In this document: piece after piece, positions 18,544 to 28,666 of the stretch | Numbering within the stretch: the first letter of the stretch is position 1 | Layout: every line of letters begins with the position of its first letter | NCBI GenBank assembly: GCA_965277105.1 | Contig: OZ255710.1 | Coordinates: forward strand, 24,730-88,729 | Source: Spirochaetota bacterium | GTDB taxonomy: Bacteria; Spirochaetota; UBA12135; COTS27; CAXSBA01 | DNA: 64,000 nt | Direction: 5' to 3' | Position numbers and translations under genes: made by a program | The notes under the pieces: model-generated | Database searches by the model: none | Told to the model about the DNA's origin: nothing | Seen by the model: only the letters and a program-made list of their open reading frames with translations

Positions 18544-20547
18544 TCAGATCTTATCGAGTTTATGGTGCAGCTTTAATTCACTTATTTTGTCTCTAAGAAA
18601 AATAGCTTTTTCAAAGTCCATTTGATCAGCGGCTAACTTCATTTCCAAATCAAGTCCTTCAATAATTTTTTTTACTTTATTCTTTTTTAAACCGAGAGGA
18701 TTTTCGCTCAGTAACTTAGAGTAATTAGCTGCTGTTTCATCTTCTAGGTTCGTTTTTTCTTCTCGTTCTAAAATGTCGCTTACTGGTTTTTGAATAGACT
18801 TGGGGGTTATGTTGTTTTTTTGGTTATAAGCTAATTGAATCGCTCGCCTTTCATTTGTTTCTTTGATGCATTCAGCCATGGCTTCGGAGATTTTATCGGC
18901 ATACATAATCACTCGCCCTTCTTGGTTACGAGCGGCTCGACCGACCGTTTGGATGAGAGAAGTTTTAGACCTTAGAAAGCCAATTTTATCTGCATCTAAA
19001 ATCGCCACCAAAGAAACCTCGGGGATATCTAATCCTTCTCGTAATAAGTTAATCCCAATAATCACGTTAATTTTTTTTTGGCGAAGTGATTTAATAATTT
19101 CTACCCTCTCAATGGTTTCAATATCTGAGTGCAAGTAAGTTACTTTTATTTGATTATCTTTTAAAAAGTCGGACAAGTCTTCGGACATTTTTTTAGTAAG
19201 TGTGGTGACTAAAATGCAGTTGTCTTTTTTTACTTCTTTTTTTATTTCAAAAATAAGGTCATCAATTTGCCCATCGGATGATTTTACTTCTATAACAGGA
19301 TCTAGCAGGCCAGTTGGGCGATTAATAAGTTCCTGCAAGTTTTTAGAGACGCTCATTTCATACTCATTAGGAGTAGCGCTAACGAAAACATACTGGCTAC
19401 TTATTTTTAAAAACTCATCATACACTAAGGGGCGGTTTTCTAAAGCAGAAGGCAGACGAAAGCCGTAGTCTACTAATGACTGCTTGCGTGCCCTATCTCC
19501 ATTAAACATCCCTCTAACCTGTGGAAGCGAAACATGGGATTCATCGACAAAAGTAATAAAATTTTTAGGAAAATAATCAAATAAAGTATAAGGGCGCTCT
19601 CCTGTTTTTCTTCCTGATAAATGGAAAGAGTAATTTTCAATGCCCGGGCAAAAGCCTACGGTTTTAAGTAATTCTAAATCGTAAAGCGTGCGGTTATAGA
19701 TGCGTTCTTTTTCTAAGATTTTATTTTGGTTGGTAAAGTATTTTACTCGGTCATCTAATTCTTTTTTTATTGCTTCTAAAGCAAGACTAATTCTCTCATG
19801 AGGCATGACAAAATGTTTAGCTGGGAAAATGGTTATTTTAGAACGAAGATTAATGACTTTATTATTAAGGACGTCAATTTCTGATAGGTTCTCAATTTCG
19901 TCACCAAAAAGTTCAATGCGATACCCAGTCTGCAAATAAGCGGGGAAAACGTCAATGATATCCCCGCGTACTCGGAAAAACCCTCTTTCTAAAACTTCGT
20001 CTTTTCGGTTATATTGAATATTAAGCAGTTTTTTAATTAAATCACGGCGGTTAATCATCTCTCCTCTTTGAAGAGCGATATACATATTTTTATAATCTTC
20101 CGGAGAGCCTAACCCATAAATACAAGAAACCGAAGCAATGATCACGACATCTTTTCTTTCTAAAAGAGAGGACGTGGCTTTAAGGCGCATTCGGTCAATT
20201 TCATCGTTAATCGAAGATTCTTTTTCAATGTAGAGATCTTTTTTAGCAACATAAGCTTCTGGTTGGTAGTAATCATAATAAGAAACGAAATACTCCACTG
20301 CGTTATTAGGAAGGAAGTGTTTGAACTCTCGGTATAATTGAGCGGCTAATGTTTTATTGTGAGAAATAATAAGAGCGGGGCGATTGACTTTTTCAATGAT
20401 TTTAGCCATCACATAGGTTTTCCCAGTTCCGGTAGCCCCTTTAATGGTTTGAAAGGGATAATTTTTTTCAAGCCCATTGCCAATAGATTCCACCACTTGC
20501 GGCTGATCTCCTTTTAGTTGGTATTCTTCAATAACTTTAAAGTTCAT
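18544..20547 (-). CDS. uvrB: Excinuclease ABC subunit B
   Basis: GDQPQ, Walker A GATGTGKT, DESH, and C-terminal UVR domain. The ORF track starts at TTG 20562, but ATG 20547 (MNFKVIEEYQLKGDQP) fits the usual UvrB N-terminal spacing better. Confidence 0.95.
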   Translation of the reverse strand: MNFKVIEEYQLKGDQPQVVESIGNGLEKNYPFQTIKGATGTGKTYVMAKIIEKVNRPALIISHNKTLAAQLYREFKHFLPNNAVEYFVSYYDYYQPEAYVAKKDLYIEKESSINDEIDRMRLKATSSLLERKDVVIIASVSCIYGLGSPEDYKNMYIALQRGEMINRRDLIKKLLNIQYNRKDEVLERGFFRVRGDIIDVFPAYLQTGYRIELFGDEIENLSEIDVLNNKVINLRSKITIFPAKHFVMPHERISLALEAIKKELDDRVKYFTNQNKILEKERIYNRTLYDLELLKTVGFCPGIENYSFHLSGRKTGERPYTLFDYFPKNFITFVDESHVSLPQVRGMFNGDRARKQSLVDYGFRLPSALENRPLVYDEFLKISSQYVFVSATPNEYEMSVSKNLQELINRPTGLLDPVIEVKSSDGQIDDLIFEIKKEVKKDNCILVTTLTKKMSEDLSDFLKDNQIKVTYLHSDIETIERVEIIKSLRQKKINVIIGINLLREGLDIPEVSLVAILDADKIGFLRSKTSLIQTVGRAARNQEGRVIMYADKISEAMAECIKETNERRAIQLAYNQKNNITPKSIQKPVSDILEREEKTNLEDETAANYSKLLSENPLGLKKNKVKKIIEGLDLEMKLAADQMDFEKAIFLRDKISELKLHHKLDKI

Positions 20548-20685
20548 AAAATATTCAATCAATTATATTATAGATTTTTTATTTACTTTAAAATCTTGCT
20601 TTTTTTCTAAGACTATAATATAATTTAAGCATAACTAATTTTTTTTTTAAATGCGTCTAAAAATTAATTTTGATTTAAGATAAGA

Positions 20686-21639
20686 ATGCTAATGCGACAA
20701 TTTATTACTTTTACTATATTATTTGGATTTTTTATTTTTTTAATCATAGCTTGTGGGCAAAAAGCTAAAGAACAAAAAGAACAAGAAGCAATTATCCGCT
20801 CTACTAAAAAACTAGTGATTCTTTCGACAACTACTATTGTTAATGATTTAGTCGCGCAAATAGGAGGAGAGCGAGTTATTACGACTAGCTTAATGGGAGT
20901 GGGAATTGACCCGCATGCTTACCGGGCGAAAGAAGCTGATGCTAGACTTTTGTATAACGCGGAAGTTATTTTTTATAACGGACTTCACTTAGAAGCTAAA
21001 CTTGCTACTATTTTAGAAAAACTTTCTGAAGAAAAAAAAGTTTTTGCGCTAGCTAATGGCTTGAATAAAAATAAGTTAATCGAGGTAGAAGATGGAATTT
21101 ACGATCCGCACTTTTGGTTTGCTGTGGATTTATGGGAAGCAGCAGCTCGTTATGTTTACGAGAAGTTAGCAGAGATCGACCCTCAATATAAACTTTATTA
21201 TAAACAGCAATATGAAAACTATCGGCTTCAGTTAAAAGACTTAGATAAAAAAATTCGCCAAGCTGTTCAAGGGATTCCGACTAATAGAAGGATTTTAATT
21301 ACAGGGCATGATGCTTTTGCCTATTTTGGGAAATATTATAATGTTGAAGTTTTGGGATTACAGGGGATTAATACCTTAGCTAGAGCTAGTGCTGGTGATA
21401 TTAATAATTTAGCTAATTTTATTATTGAAAAAAATATCCCTGCTATTTTTATTGAAACTTCTATTTCTAAAAAAAATATAATAGCAGTCCAGTCGGCGGT
21501 TTTTGCTAATGGCAGTTCGCTCATTATTGGTGGGGAGCTTTATACAGATGCTTTAGGGAATAAAAAAGAGCAGGCGGATACCTACATCAGCATGTTTGAA
21601 AAAAACATACAACAAATTGTTTATGGATTAAATCAATGA
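20686..21639 (+). CDS. troA: Metal (Mn/Zn/Fe) ABC transporter substrate-binding lipoprotein, cluster A-I
   Basis: 317 aa. Lipobox LIIAC; DPHAY and DPHFW metal-ligand motifs. First gene of an SBP-ATPase-permease-permease operon. Confidence 0.85.
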   Translation: MLMRQFITFTILFGFFIFLIIACGQKAKEQKEQEAIIRSTKKLVILSTTTIVNDLVAQIGGERVITTSLMGVGIDPHAYRAKEADARLLYNAEVIFYNGLHLEAKLATILEKLSEEKKVFALANGLNKNKLIEVEDGIYDPHFWFAVDLWEAAARYVYEKLAEIDPQYKLYYKQQYENYRLQLKDLDKKIRQAVQGIPTNRRILITGHDAFAYFGKYYNVEVLGLQGINTLARASAGDINNLANFIIEKNIPAIFIETSISKKNIIAVQSAVFANGSSLIIGGELYTDALGNKKEQADTYISMFEKNIQQIVYGLNQ

Positions 21640-22352
21640 AGCAAGAATCAATTATTACTCTAAAAAATATTGCAGTTCAGTATCAAGAAAAACTAGTTTT
21701 AGCTATTGATAGTTTGATAATTCCTGCTGGCATTTTGATGGCAATTATTGGTCCTAATGGTGCTGGCAAGTCGACCCTGGTTAAAAGTATTCTGCATAAA
21801 GTAAAGATAAACGCGGGAGGAGAAATTACTATTTTTCAAAAGATGTATAAAGATGTAAAAAAAAAAATAGCTTATATCCCACAAAAAGAAAAGTTAGATT
21901 GGGAATTTCCTATTAATGTTTTTGACTTTGTCCTTATGGGAAGTTATGGGCAGTTGGGTTGGTTGACTAGACCAGGTAAGCAAGAGAAACAAAAAACTTA
22001 TGAAGTTCTCCAAGAGTTAGCCATAGAAGATTTAAAAAATCGCCAGATTGGAGAATTGTCTGGCGGAGAAAAGCAGCGTATTTTCATTGCTCGAGCTTTA
22101 GTACAAAATAGCGAGATTTTCATTCTCGATGAGCCTTTTCAAGGTATCGATAGCAAAAGTGAAAAAAATATTATAACCATTCTAAAAGCTTTAAAGAAAA
22201 AAGGCAAGACAATTATCGTCGTGCATCATGATCTTTCGAAAGTAAGAGAATATTTTAACTGGGTGCTTATGCTCAATAAAAAGCCGATTGCTTTTGGTCC
22301 CACTCAAAAAGTTTTTACCACTAAAAATATTTTCCAAACCTATTCTAATTAA
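21636..22352 (+). CDS. troB: Metal ABC transporter ATP-binding protein
   Basis: 238 aa. Walker A GPNGAGKST, signature LSGGEKQR, Walker B FILDEP. ATGA overlap with troA. Confidence 0.9.
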   Translation: MKQESIITLKNIAVQYQEKLVLAIDSLIIPAGILMAIIGPNGAGKSTLVKSILHKVKINAGGEITIFQKMYKDVKKKIAYIPQKEKLDWEFPINVFDFVLMGSYGQLGWLTRPGKQEKQKTYEVLQELAIEDLKNRQIGELSGGEKQRIFIARALVQNSEIFILDEPFQGIDSKSEKNIITILKALKKKGKTIIVVHHDLSKVREYFNWVLMLNKKPIAFGPTQKVFTTKNIFQTYSN

Positions 22353-22360
22353 ATATTATT

Positions 22361-23194
22361 ATGTTTTTTACGTATACTTATTTTATTGTTTTTTTAGGTA
22401 CTTTTTTTATTGGGATTACAGCTGGGTTGATTGGAGTATTTGTTTATTTTAGAAGAGAAAGTTTAGTCGGCGATGTTTTGGGGCATGCTGCATTGCCGGG
22501 GATTGTTCTAGCTTTTATGCTTACTTTCATTAAAGACAATAATCTACTCATTCTAGGAGCAACCATTAGTGGATTGCTTTCTTTTTCTATGTATCGCTTC
22601 CTCTATCATAACACTCCTTTAGACCGCGATGCTGCTTTGGGGTCTACTTTAGCTTTTTTCTCTGGGTTGGGGATTACCTTACTAACGTATGTTCAGAAAA
22701 TTCCCGAATCTTCTCAGGCAGGACTATGGGACTATATTTTTGGTAATGCTTCTAATTTGCTAAATAGCGATGTGTATTTGATTATAGGATTTTTTTTAGT
22801 TATCTCTTTAACTATAAGCTTGTTTTATAAAGAATTAAAAACTATTACTTTTGATACTAATTTAGCTGAAAGTTTAAATTTACCGGTTAAGAAATTAGAT
22901 TTTTTATTAACTTTAATAATTGGGGCAGCGGTGATGATTGGCATTAAAAGCATTGGGATTATCCTAATGAGTTCTTTAATCGTTGCTCCGGCTACGACTG
23001 TTAAACTATGGTCTAAAAGATTTTCTTCTACCCTTATTGTAAGTGGAGCAGTTGGAGGGCTTTACTGTTTGATTGGAACGGGGATTAGCCTTTATTATTT
23101 TGAGATTCCTGTCGGGCCGATTATCGTTATGGTGGCTTCTTTAGGGTTTTTATTTTCTTTGCTTACTAAATTAATGATAAAGCGAATTTTTTAA
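22361..23194 (+). CDS. troC: Metal ABC transporter permease (ABC-3 family)
   Basis: 277 aa, polytopic, ABC-3 type (GDVLGHAALPG). Confidence 0.85.
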   Translation: MFFTYTYFIVFLGTFFIGITAGLIGVFVYFRRESLVGDVLGHAALPGIVLAFMLTFIKDNNLLILGATISGLLSFSMYRFLYHNTPLDRDAALGSTLAFFSGLGITLLTYVQKIPESSQAGLWDYIFGNASNLLNSDVYLIIGFFLVISLTISLFYKELKTITFDTNLAESLNLPVKKLDFLLTLIIGAAVMIGIKSIGIILMSSLIVAPATTVKLWSKRFSSTLIVSGAVGGLYCLIGTGISLYYFEIPVGPIIVMVASLGFLFSLLTKLMIKRIF

Positions 23195-23195
23195 T

Positions 23196-24068
23196 ATGGG
23201 TTTAGAATTACAAATTATTTTAGTTGCGCTTATGGTGGCTTTTGCTTGTTTGTTGCCGGGAAATTTTTTAGTGTTAAAAAAAATATCTATGGTGAGTGAT
23301 GCTATTAGCCACTCCGTTATTTTAGGGATTGTGCTCGGTTATTTTTTAGTGAAAAATCTTTATTCTCCTTTTTTATTTTTGGGAGCAGCGTTAAGTGCGT
23401 TTATTATGTTTTTCTTAACCGAAAAACTCATTCAATCTAAGCAAGTTAAAAGAGAAGCAGCAGTGGCGCTTATCTTCCCTTTATTATTTTCTATTGCTAT
23501 TATTCTCATTAACGTTTTTGCTAGTAATATTCATTTAGATGAAGACACGGTCATCACTGGTGGACTGGCCTTTATTCCTTTAGTGGGGTTTGATGCCTTT
23601 AATCTTTTTACTATCCCCAAAGCTTTAGTTATTAGTTTTTTCAACTTTATAGTTAATCTACTCCTAACTATATTTTTTTTTAAAGAACTTTCTTTGGTTA
23701 GTTTAGAAGAAGATTATGCCAGTGATTTAGGGCTTGGTTATAAAAAGATTAACTATGGTTTAGTGTTTATCACTAGTCTAACAGCGGTTTGTTCTTTTGA
23801 AGCAGTGGGAAGCATTTTAGTCATTGGCTTTTTTATCTTACCGCCGAGCATTAGTTTTTTATGGGCTAAAAGTTTGAAAAAAATGCTAATGCTTAGTTTT
23901 TTAGTGGCTTCGATGAGTGTGATTGTTAGTTATATTATTGCTTATTTATATAATTTTTCGATTGCGGGCACTATTTTAATTGTATTAGGTTTTTTTTTAT
24001 TGTTATCCGTTTTTATCGCCCCGAAAAGCAAATGGGTTGCTTTTAGAAAAATTAAAAAAAATGTTTAA
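23196..24068 (+). CDS. troD: Metal ABC transporter permease (ABC-3 family), second copy
   Basis: 290 aa, polytopic (SDAISHSVILG). A two-permease layout as in tro/mtsABC-type operons. Confidence 0.85.
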   Translation: MGLELQIILVALMVAFACLLPGNFLVLKKISMVSDAISHSVILGIVLGYFLVKNLYSPFLFLGAALSAFIMFFLTEKLIQSKQVKREAAVALIFPLLFSIAIILINVFASNIHLDEDTVITGGLAFIPLVGFDAFNLFTIPKALVISFFNFIVNLLLTIFFFKELSLVSLEEDYASDLGLGYKKINYGLVFITSLTAVCSFEAVGSILVIGFFILPPSISFLWAKSLKKMLMLSFLVASMSVIVSYIIAYLYNFSIAGTILIVLGFFLLLSVFIAPKSKWVAFRKIKKNV

Positions 24069-24113
24069 AGAATCAATTAAAACTCATATTACAATTTAGT
24101 CAATTTAAATTAA

Positions 24114-24650
24114 TTGATTTTAATAATGAAACTCAGTATAAAAATAATTATTATTGTTTTCTTTTTCTTCCCCCATTTTGCCTACACTCAGAACCAAAGC
24201 AACGATAATTTGACGAATGTTATTTTTTATGAAGACAATTTTGTTCCTACTAACCCCTTAGAATTTTATGAGCAATCAACCTCGGTTAATTTTGTCAGAA
24301 GAACCGAAGCGATTTTTTTTATCTCTATTCCTTTTGCTTATTTATTTACCAATATCCTTTATACTTTAATGCCCTATGGTTCGGTTTTTTCGGCTTATTT
24401 TGATGGGGTAAGAGGAAGTCAATTGCGAGGAGGAAATTTTAGTTATAATCGAGAAAATAAGCCAGCATATGAAACGGTGAGTAACCCTTACTATATTGCC
24501 TTATGGGTAAATACCACTGTGTGGCCCGCTGGTATTGCGATTAATAGTTTTGTCGAAAGGGCTATTGACCCGAAAGTTTATCAGAGTTTTAGAAGAAAGA
24601 TTATTAATAACCGAGCCCCACTTCAACGAATTTTCCAAAATCAGTTTTAA
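24114..24650 (+). CDS. Hypothetical secreted/membrane protein
   Basis: 178 aa with an N-terminal signal-like segment and one internal hydrophobic stretch. No motif recognised. Confidence 0.4.
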   Translation: MILIMKLSIKIIIIVFFFFPHFAYTQNQSNDNLTNVIFYEDNFVPTNPLEFYEQSTSVNFVRRTEAIFFISIPFAYLFTNILYTLMPYGSVFSAYFDGVRGSQLRGGNFSYNRENKPAYETVSNPYYIALWVNTTVWPAGIAINSFVERAIDPKVYQSFRRKIINNRAPLQRIFQNQF

Positions 24651-24655
24651 CTTTC

Positions 24656-25354
24656 TTGCAGGATTTTATTCTTTTTGAAGATGAGAGTTTGCTAATTATT
24701 AATAAGCCAGCGGGGGTTTATACTCATAAAAATTATACAGGGCAAAATGGTTTAGCCGTTAGCGAGTTTATCAAAGACAAGCTTGATTTCCCTACTTCTC
24801 TTAAGCTAAATGATAAAGAGGCCCTTCGTTTGGGAATTGTTCATCGATTAGATAAAGACACTAGTGGGATAATGATCTGTGCTAAAAACTCTCTTGTATT
24901 AGAAAAACTTCAAGAGCAGTTTAAACAGCGACAAGTCCTTAAAGAATATCAAGCGTTAGTTCATGGTAAAATTTATAACCCTAAAACATTAACGGATTAT
25001 TTAGTTCGTCATAAAAAAAATCGTACTTGGAAAATGATTTCTAAAAAACAAGAAGGACGAGAAGCTACTACTTTGATCGAACCGTTAGACTTTTTTGAGA
25101 ATAAAACGTTGGTTTTGGCTCGTCCTCTTAGTGGGCGTACTCATCAAATTCGATTGCAACTTTTTCATGCCGGCTTTCCCATTGTTGGTGATAAATGGTA
25201 TAACCTTAGAAGAAATAAGTTTAATGAAGAAGAGTATCTTTATTTATGTTCTAAAAAAATTACTTTTTGTCATCCGATAACCGAAGAAGAGCAAATCTGG
25301 GAAGTGCCTTTGCCAGATTTTTTTCTAGAAAAAATAAAAGAGCTAAAAAAATAA
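24656..25354 (+). CDS. RluA-family pseudouridine synthase (no S4 domain)
   Basis: 232 aa, TTG start. Catalytic HRLDKDTSG; SGRTHQIRLQL. Confidence 0.85.
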   Translation: MQDFILFEDESLLIINKPAGVYTHKNYTGQNGLAVSEFIKDKLDFPTSLKLNDKEALRLGIVHRLDKDTSGIMICAKNSLVLEKLQEQFKQRQVLKEYQALVHGKIYNPKTLTDYLVRHKKNRTWKMISKKQEGREATTLIEPLDFFENKTLVLARPLSGRTHQIRLQLFHAGFPIVGDKWYNLRRNKFNEEEYLYLCSKKITFCHPITEEEQIWEVPLPDFFLEKIKELKK

Positions 25355-25355
25355 A

Positions 25356-26234
25356 ATGAAGATTGATTCTCAAACGAAAATTTATGGCGTCTTAGGCTAT
25401 CCAGTAGCCCATTCTCATTCGCCACGAATTTTTAATGCATTATTTGCCAAGTATAAAATTAATGCAGTGTATCACTTTTTCCCAGTAGAAGATAAACTTC
25501 AAAATCTGCGAGCTTTTTTGAAAAATATTAAAAATATTAATCTCCATGGCTTGTCGATAACCATTCCTTTTAAAAAAAAAGTTTTACCTTATTTAACGGA
25601 CTTAGCCCCGTTAGCTAAAAAATTAAACTGTGTCAATACCATTAGCATCAAGCATACCCAAACTCAAGTAAAATTAAAGGGCTATAACTTTGACGGGCTA
25701 GCGGCTTGGGCGCCTATCCTTAAAATTCCTCACTGGCAAACTAGACAAATTCTTTTGCTCGGTTTTGGAGGAGCTGCTCAAGGAATCCTCCTTACGCTTT
25801 ATCACCACTTTGCTTTTAGTGAAAAAATTACTTTAGCTGTTCGTAATCTGCCTAAAGCAAAAAAAAACCTTCAGCAAGTGCCTAGCAGTTGGCGAAAAAT
25901 GATTAAGCTAATCCCGTTAAACGAATTTTCTTCTATTAATTCTTCTACTCATTTAAAGGACTTCGATATCATTATCAATACTACTCCTATAGGGATGTCC
26001 CCAAAAAGTAATTTTTCTCCTTTGTCTAAAAAGCTTATTAATAAAAAACATTTTATTTACGACATAGTATATAACCCCTTAAGTACTAAACTATTAAAAG
26101 ATGCTAAAGCAAAAGGGGCTACTCCTATTTTTGGATTAACCATGTTTTTGGAGCAAGCTAGAAGGCAGTTTGAAGTTTGGACTGGAAAGGAGGTTTCGCT
26201 TAAAGTTATGCAGGAAATTTACTTAGCAAAATAA
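25356..26234 (+). CDS. aroE: Shikimate dehydrogenase
   Basis: 292 aa. GYPVAHSHSPRIFN, NVTIPFK-like SITIPFKK, GFGGAAQG. Confidence 0.85.
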   Translation: MKIDSQTKIYGVLGYPVAHSHSPRIFNALFAKYKINAVYHFFPVEDKLQNLRAFLKNIKNINLHGLSITIPFKKKVLPYLTDLAPLAKKLNCVNTISIKHTQTQVKLKGYNFDGLAAWAPILKIPHWQTRQILLLGFGGAAQGILLTLYHHFAFSEKITLAVRNLPKAKKNLQQVPSSWRKMIKLIPLNEFSSINSSTHLKDFDIIINTTPIGMSPKSNFSPLSKKLINKKHFIYDIVYNPLSTKLLKDAKAKGATPIFGLTMFLEQARRQFEVWTGKEVSLKVMQEIYLAK

Positions 26235-26243
26235 ATTAGTAAA

Positions 26244-27011
26244 ATGAGAATTGGTATTTTTGATTCGGGAGTAGGGGGGCTAACCGTTGCCAAAGAAATC
26301 GCTAAAAAATTTCTTTATGATGACATTGTTTATTTTGGGGACTCTATTCATTTACCGTATGGCAATAAAAGCAAAAAAAATATCCTTCGCTATAGTTTTG
26401 CTAATGTGGAATTTTTAAGAAAAAAAAAGTGTGAAATTATTGTGGTGGCTTGTAATACTTCTACTGCTATTGCTATCGAACCCCTTAAAAAAAAATTCTC
26501 TTTTCCCATTTATGGGGTTATTGAAGGAGGTGTTCAAGAAGTTTTAAAGCAAAGTAAAACATTAAAAATTGGCGTACTAGGAACGACTAGGACTATTATC
26601 TCTTCAGCTTATAAAGATAAAATCTTAGAATGCCAGCCGCAAGCTAAAGTATATCAAGTAGCTAGTCCTTTATTAGTTCCGATTATTGAAGAAGGATTAA
26701 AGGATAAAGAAATCATTAAAGCTATTATTCGAAACTACTTAGATCCTATAATTGGGAAAATTGACTCTCTTATTTTAGGATGTACTCATTACCCTCTGTT
26801 AAAGCCGTTTATTCAAAAAATTTATCCTCAGCTCATTATTGTGGATTCTGCTAAAACCACAGCTTCTCTTATTATGTTTAAAGATAAAAAATTAAATGAA
26901 AAAAAACGAAAAATTGAGATTATTACTAACGATGACAATGAAATTTTTCATCGTATAGCTAAGAAAATTTTTCCTAAAGAAAAAGTAATTTTACAAAAGG
27001 AAAGGAATTAG
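26244..27011 (+). CDS. murI: Glutamate racemase
   Basis: 255 aa. GIFDSGVGGLTV, VVACNTST, LGCTHYP. Confidence 0.92.
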   Translation: MRIGIFDSGVGGLTVAKEIAKKFLYDDIVYFGDSIHLPYGNKSKKNILRYSFANVEFLRKKKCEIIVVACNTSTAIAIEPLKKKFSFPIYGVIEGGVQEVLKQSKTLKIGVLGTTRTIISSAYKDKILECQPQAKVYQVASPLLVPIIEEGLKDKEIIKAIIRNYLDPIIGKIDSLILGCTHYPLLKPFIQKIYPQLIIVDSAKTTASLIMFKDKKLNEKKRKIEIITNDDNEIFHRIAKKIFPKEKVILQKERN

Positions 27012-27026
27012 AAAATTCCTTTCCTT
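26997..27026. terminator. Shared hairpin at the convergent murI/pstS junction
   Basis: Perfect 13-bp stem AAGGAAAGGAATT (26997-27009) pairs with AATTCCTTTCCTT (27014-27026), loop AGAA. It overlaps the murI stop codon. T-rich flank on the minus-strand side. Confidence 0.55.
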
Positions 27027-27041
27027 ATCTATAAATTTTAA

Positions 27042-28106
27042 TTAAAGAGATGATCCTTCGAAAGTAATCGAGTCAATAATTTCTAACGCTTGAGCTCTAG
27101 CAGCATCGGGAAGCGGAGCGTAATATAATCCAGCAGCATACTGCTGAGCATCTTCGCTCACCATCCAGCTAAGTAATTTTTTCAATTCCTCAGCTAGTTC
27201 TTTTGGTCTGTCATTATAAGATTGCTCTTGGTAAAAAACAATCCAAGTAAACGTAGAGATAGGATAAGCATTAGGGTCAGTTCTTTTTACTGAAGTTAAT
27301 GCTATTCTCGTATCTGCTGGCAAATCAGCTTGAGCAGATAAACTAACTCCTTTTACTGATGGAGTAATGAAGTTCCCGCTGTTGTTTTTTACTTTAACCA
27401 CTTTTAAACCAGTTTCTAAGGCATAGTTTAAACTAACATATCCAATACTGTTTTTTGTCTGATTAATCGAACCAGTTACTCCTTCGTTTCCTTTAGAGCC
27501 AATACTTCCTTGAAACCATTTTAAAGATTTCCCTACTCCCATTTCACTTTTCCATTCAGCGTTTTGATTAGCTAAAAAGTCCGAGAAAGTAAAAGTAGTT
27601 CCTGATCCATCAGATCTTCTCACTACAATGATATCAGCATTTGGCAAGTTTTGTCCTGGGTTTAAGCTAGTGATAACAGGGTCATTCCATTTAGTAATTT
27701 TCCCCATAAAGATTTTAGCAATAGCGTCTCCATCTAATTGAAGATCGATATTCCCATCAATATTATAAGTAATAGAAACTGCCCCTAAAACTGCTGGTAT
27801 ATGTAACAATTTTCGACTTGTACTACTTTCTATTTCTCCTAATTTTTTATCATTGATAAAAGCGTCAGTAGCTCCAAAATCAACAGTTGCTTCTGTTATT
27901 TGACGAACACCACCTCCTGAACCAATAGATTGATAATTAACTCTAATCTCTGTATCGTTATAGTATTTTTCAAATATTTCCGAATAAAACGGAAAAGGGA
28001 AAGAAGCTCCGGCCCCATTAATGGCTTCGACTTTAGCTTTTTGTCCGCATGCTACGAAAATTGAAACAGAAATTAAAATTAAAAGTAGATTTATAATTTT
28101 TTTCAT
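27042..28106 (-). CDS. pstS: Phosphate ABC transporter substrate-binding lipoprotein PstS (no pstCAB adjacent)
   Basis: 354 aa. Lipobox IFVAC; GAGASFPFP, YQSIGSGGG, RSDGSGTT motifs. Confidence 0.9.
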   Translation of the reverse strand: MKKIINLLLILISVSIFVACGQKAKVEAINGAGASFPFPFYSEIFEKYYNDTEIRVNYQSIGSGGGVRQITEATVDFGATDAFINDKKLGEIESSTSRKLLHIPAVLGAVSITYNIDGNIDLQLDGDAIAKIFMGKITKWNDPVITSLNPGQNLPNADIIVVRRSDGSGTTFTFSDFLANQNAEWKSEMGVGKSLKWFQGSIGSKGNEGVTGSINQTKNSIGYVSLNYALETGLKVVKVKNNSGNFITPSVKGVSLSAQADLPADTRIALTSVKRTDPNAYPISTFTWIVFYQEQSYNDRPKELAEELKKLLSWMVSEDAQQYAAGLYYAPLPDAARAQALEIIDSITFEGSSL

Positions 28107-28201
28107 CTTTTTCCTCCTGTATTTAATATATTTTTTTGTTTGTTATGATAAAGATTAAAAAATTTGTAACTTATGGCTGTTTATTAACCACAAATTCATT
28201 A

Positions 28202-28229
28202 GGGGGCACTCCCCCGTATTATTTTTTTT
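28202..28229 (+). terminator. Orphan plus-strand intrinsic-terminator-like hairpin in the pstS upstream region
   Basis: GGGGG-CACT-CCCCC (28202-28215) followed by GTATTA and T8 (28222-28229). No plus-strand gene lies upstream. It sits antisense to the pstS leader. Confidence 0.35.
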
Positions 28230-28666
28230 AATGGATTTTAGAAATTGTAATAAGCTAGGAAGTGCGGTGAAAACAATCATTAAACTGATTTTTTTTCGCT
28301 AACCCTTTGATTACTCTTTTGCTTAGAAGAATGAAATAATTAATTTTATTTTTCATTTAACAAAAATATAATTTATTTTTTTTTAAAAGTCAAATTTTAA
28401 TGTTATTTTTTTAATTTTTTATATTTGGTAAATTAATTTTTTCAAATTATTTTTTAGAAAACTTAGATTTATAGGTAATTTTTTAAAACTTTAAGGATAA
28501 AAGTAGATTTTTTTTACTTTTATTTATGGGAAAATGGTCATAAATTTTTTCTTAAAAAATAAGAAATTTACAACTAATATTATAATTAAATTATGCTCAA
28601 TTCCCACTTTTCAGCTCACTTTTACTTTATTTTTAAAATAAATTTTTTTTAAAGAAATAATTTTTT

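Noticed and set aside
20563-20685. TroR/DtxR-type or LexA-type operator in the uvrB/troA divergent region.
   Set aside because: Only generic TATAAT boxes and weak AT palindromes are present. There is nothing resembling the known operators that I can defend by eye.
28107-28666. Checked the long intergenic region for housekeeping RNA genes: RNase P (GAGGAAAGTCC), tmRNA (tRNA-like end, tag ORF) and SRP RNA (GGAAG..AGCA helix 8).
   Set aside because: None of the diagnostic conserved motifs is present. Apart from one short GC hairpin the region is almost pure A/T.
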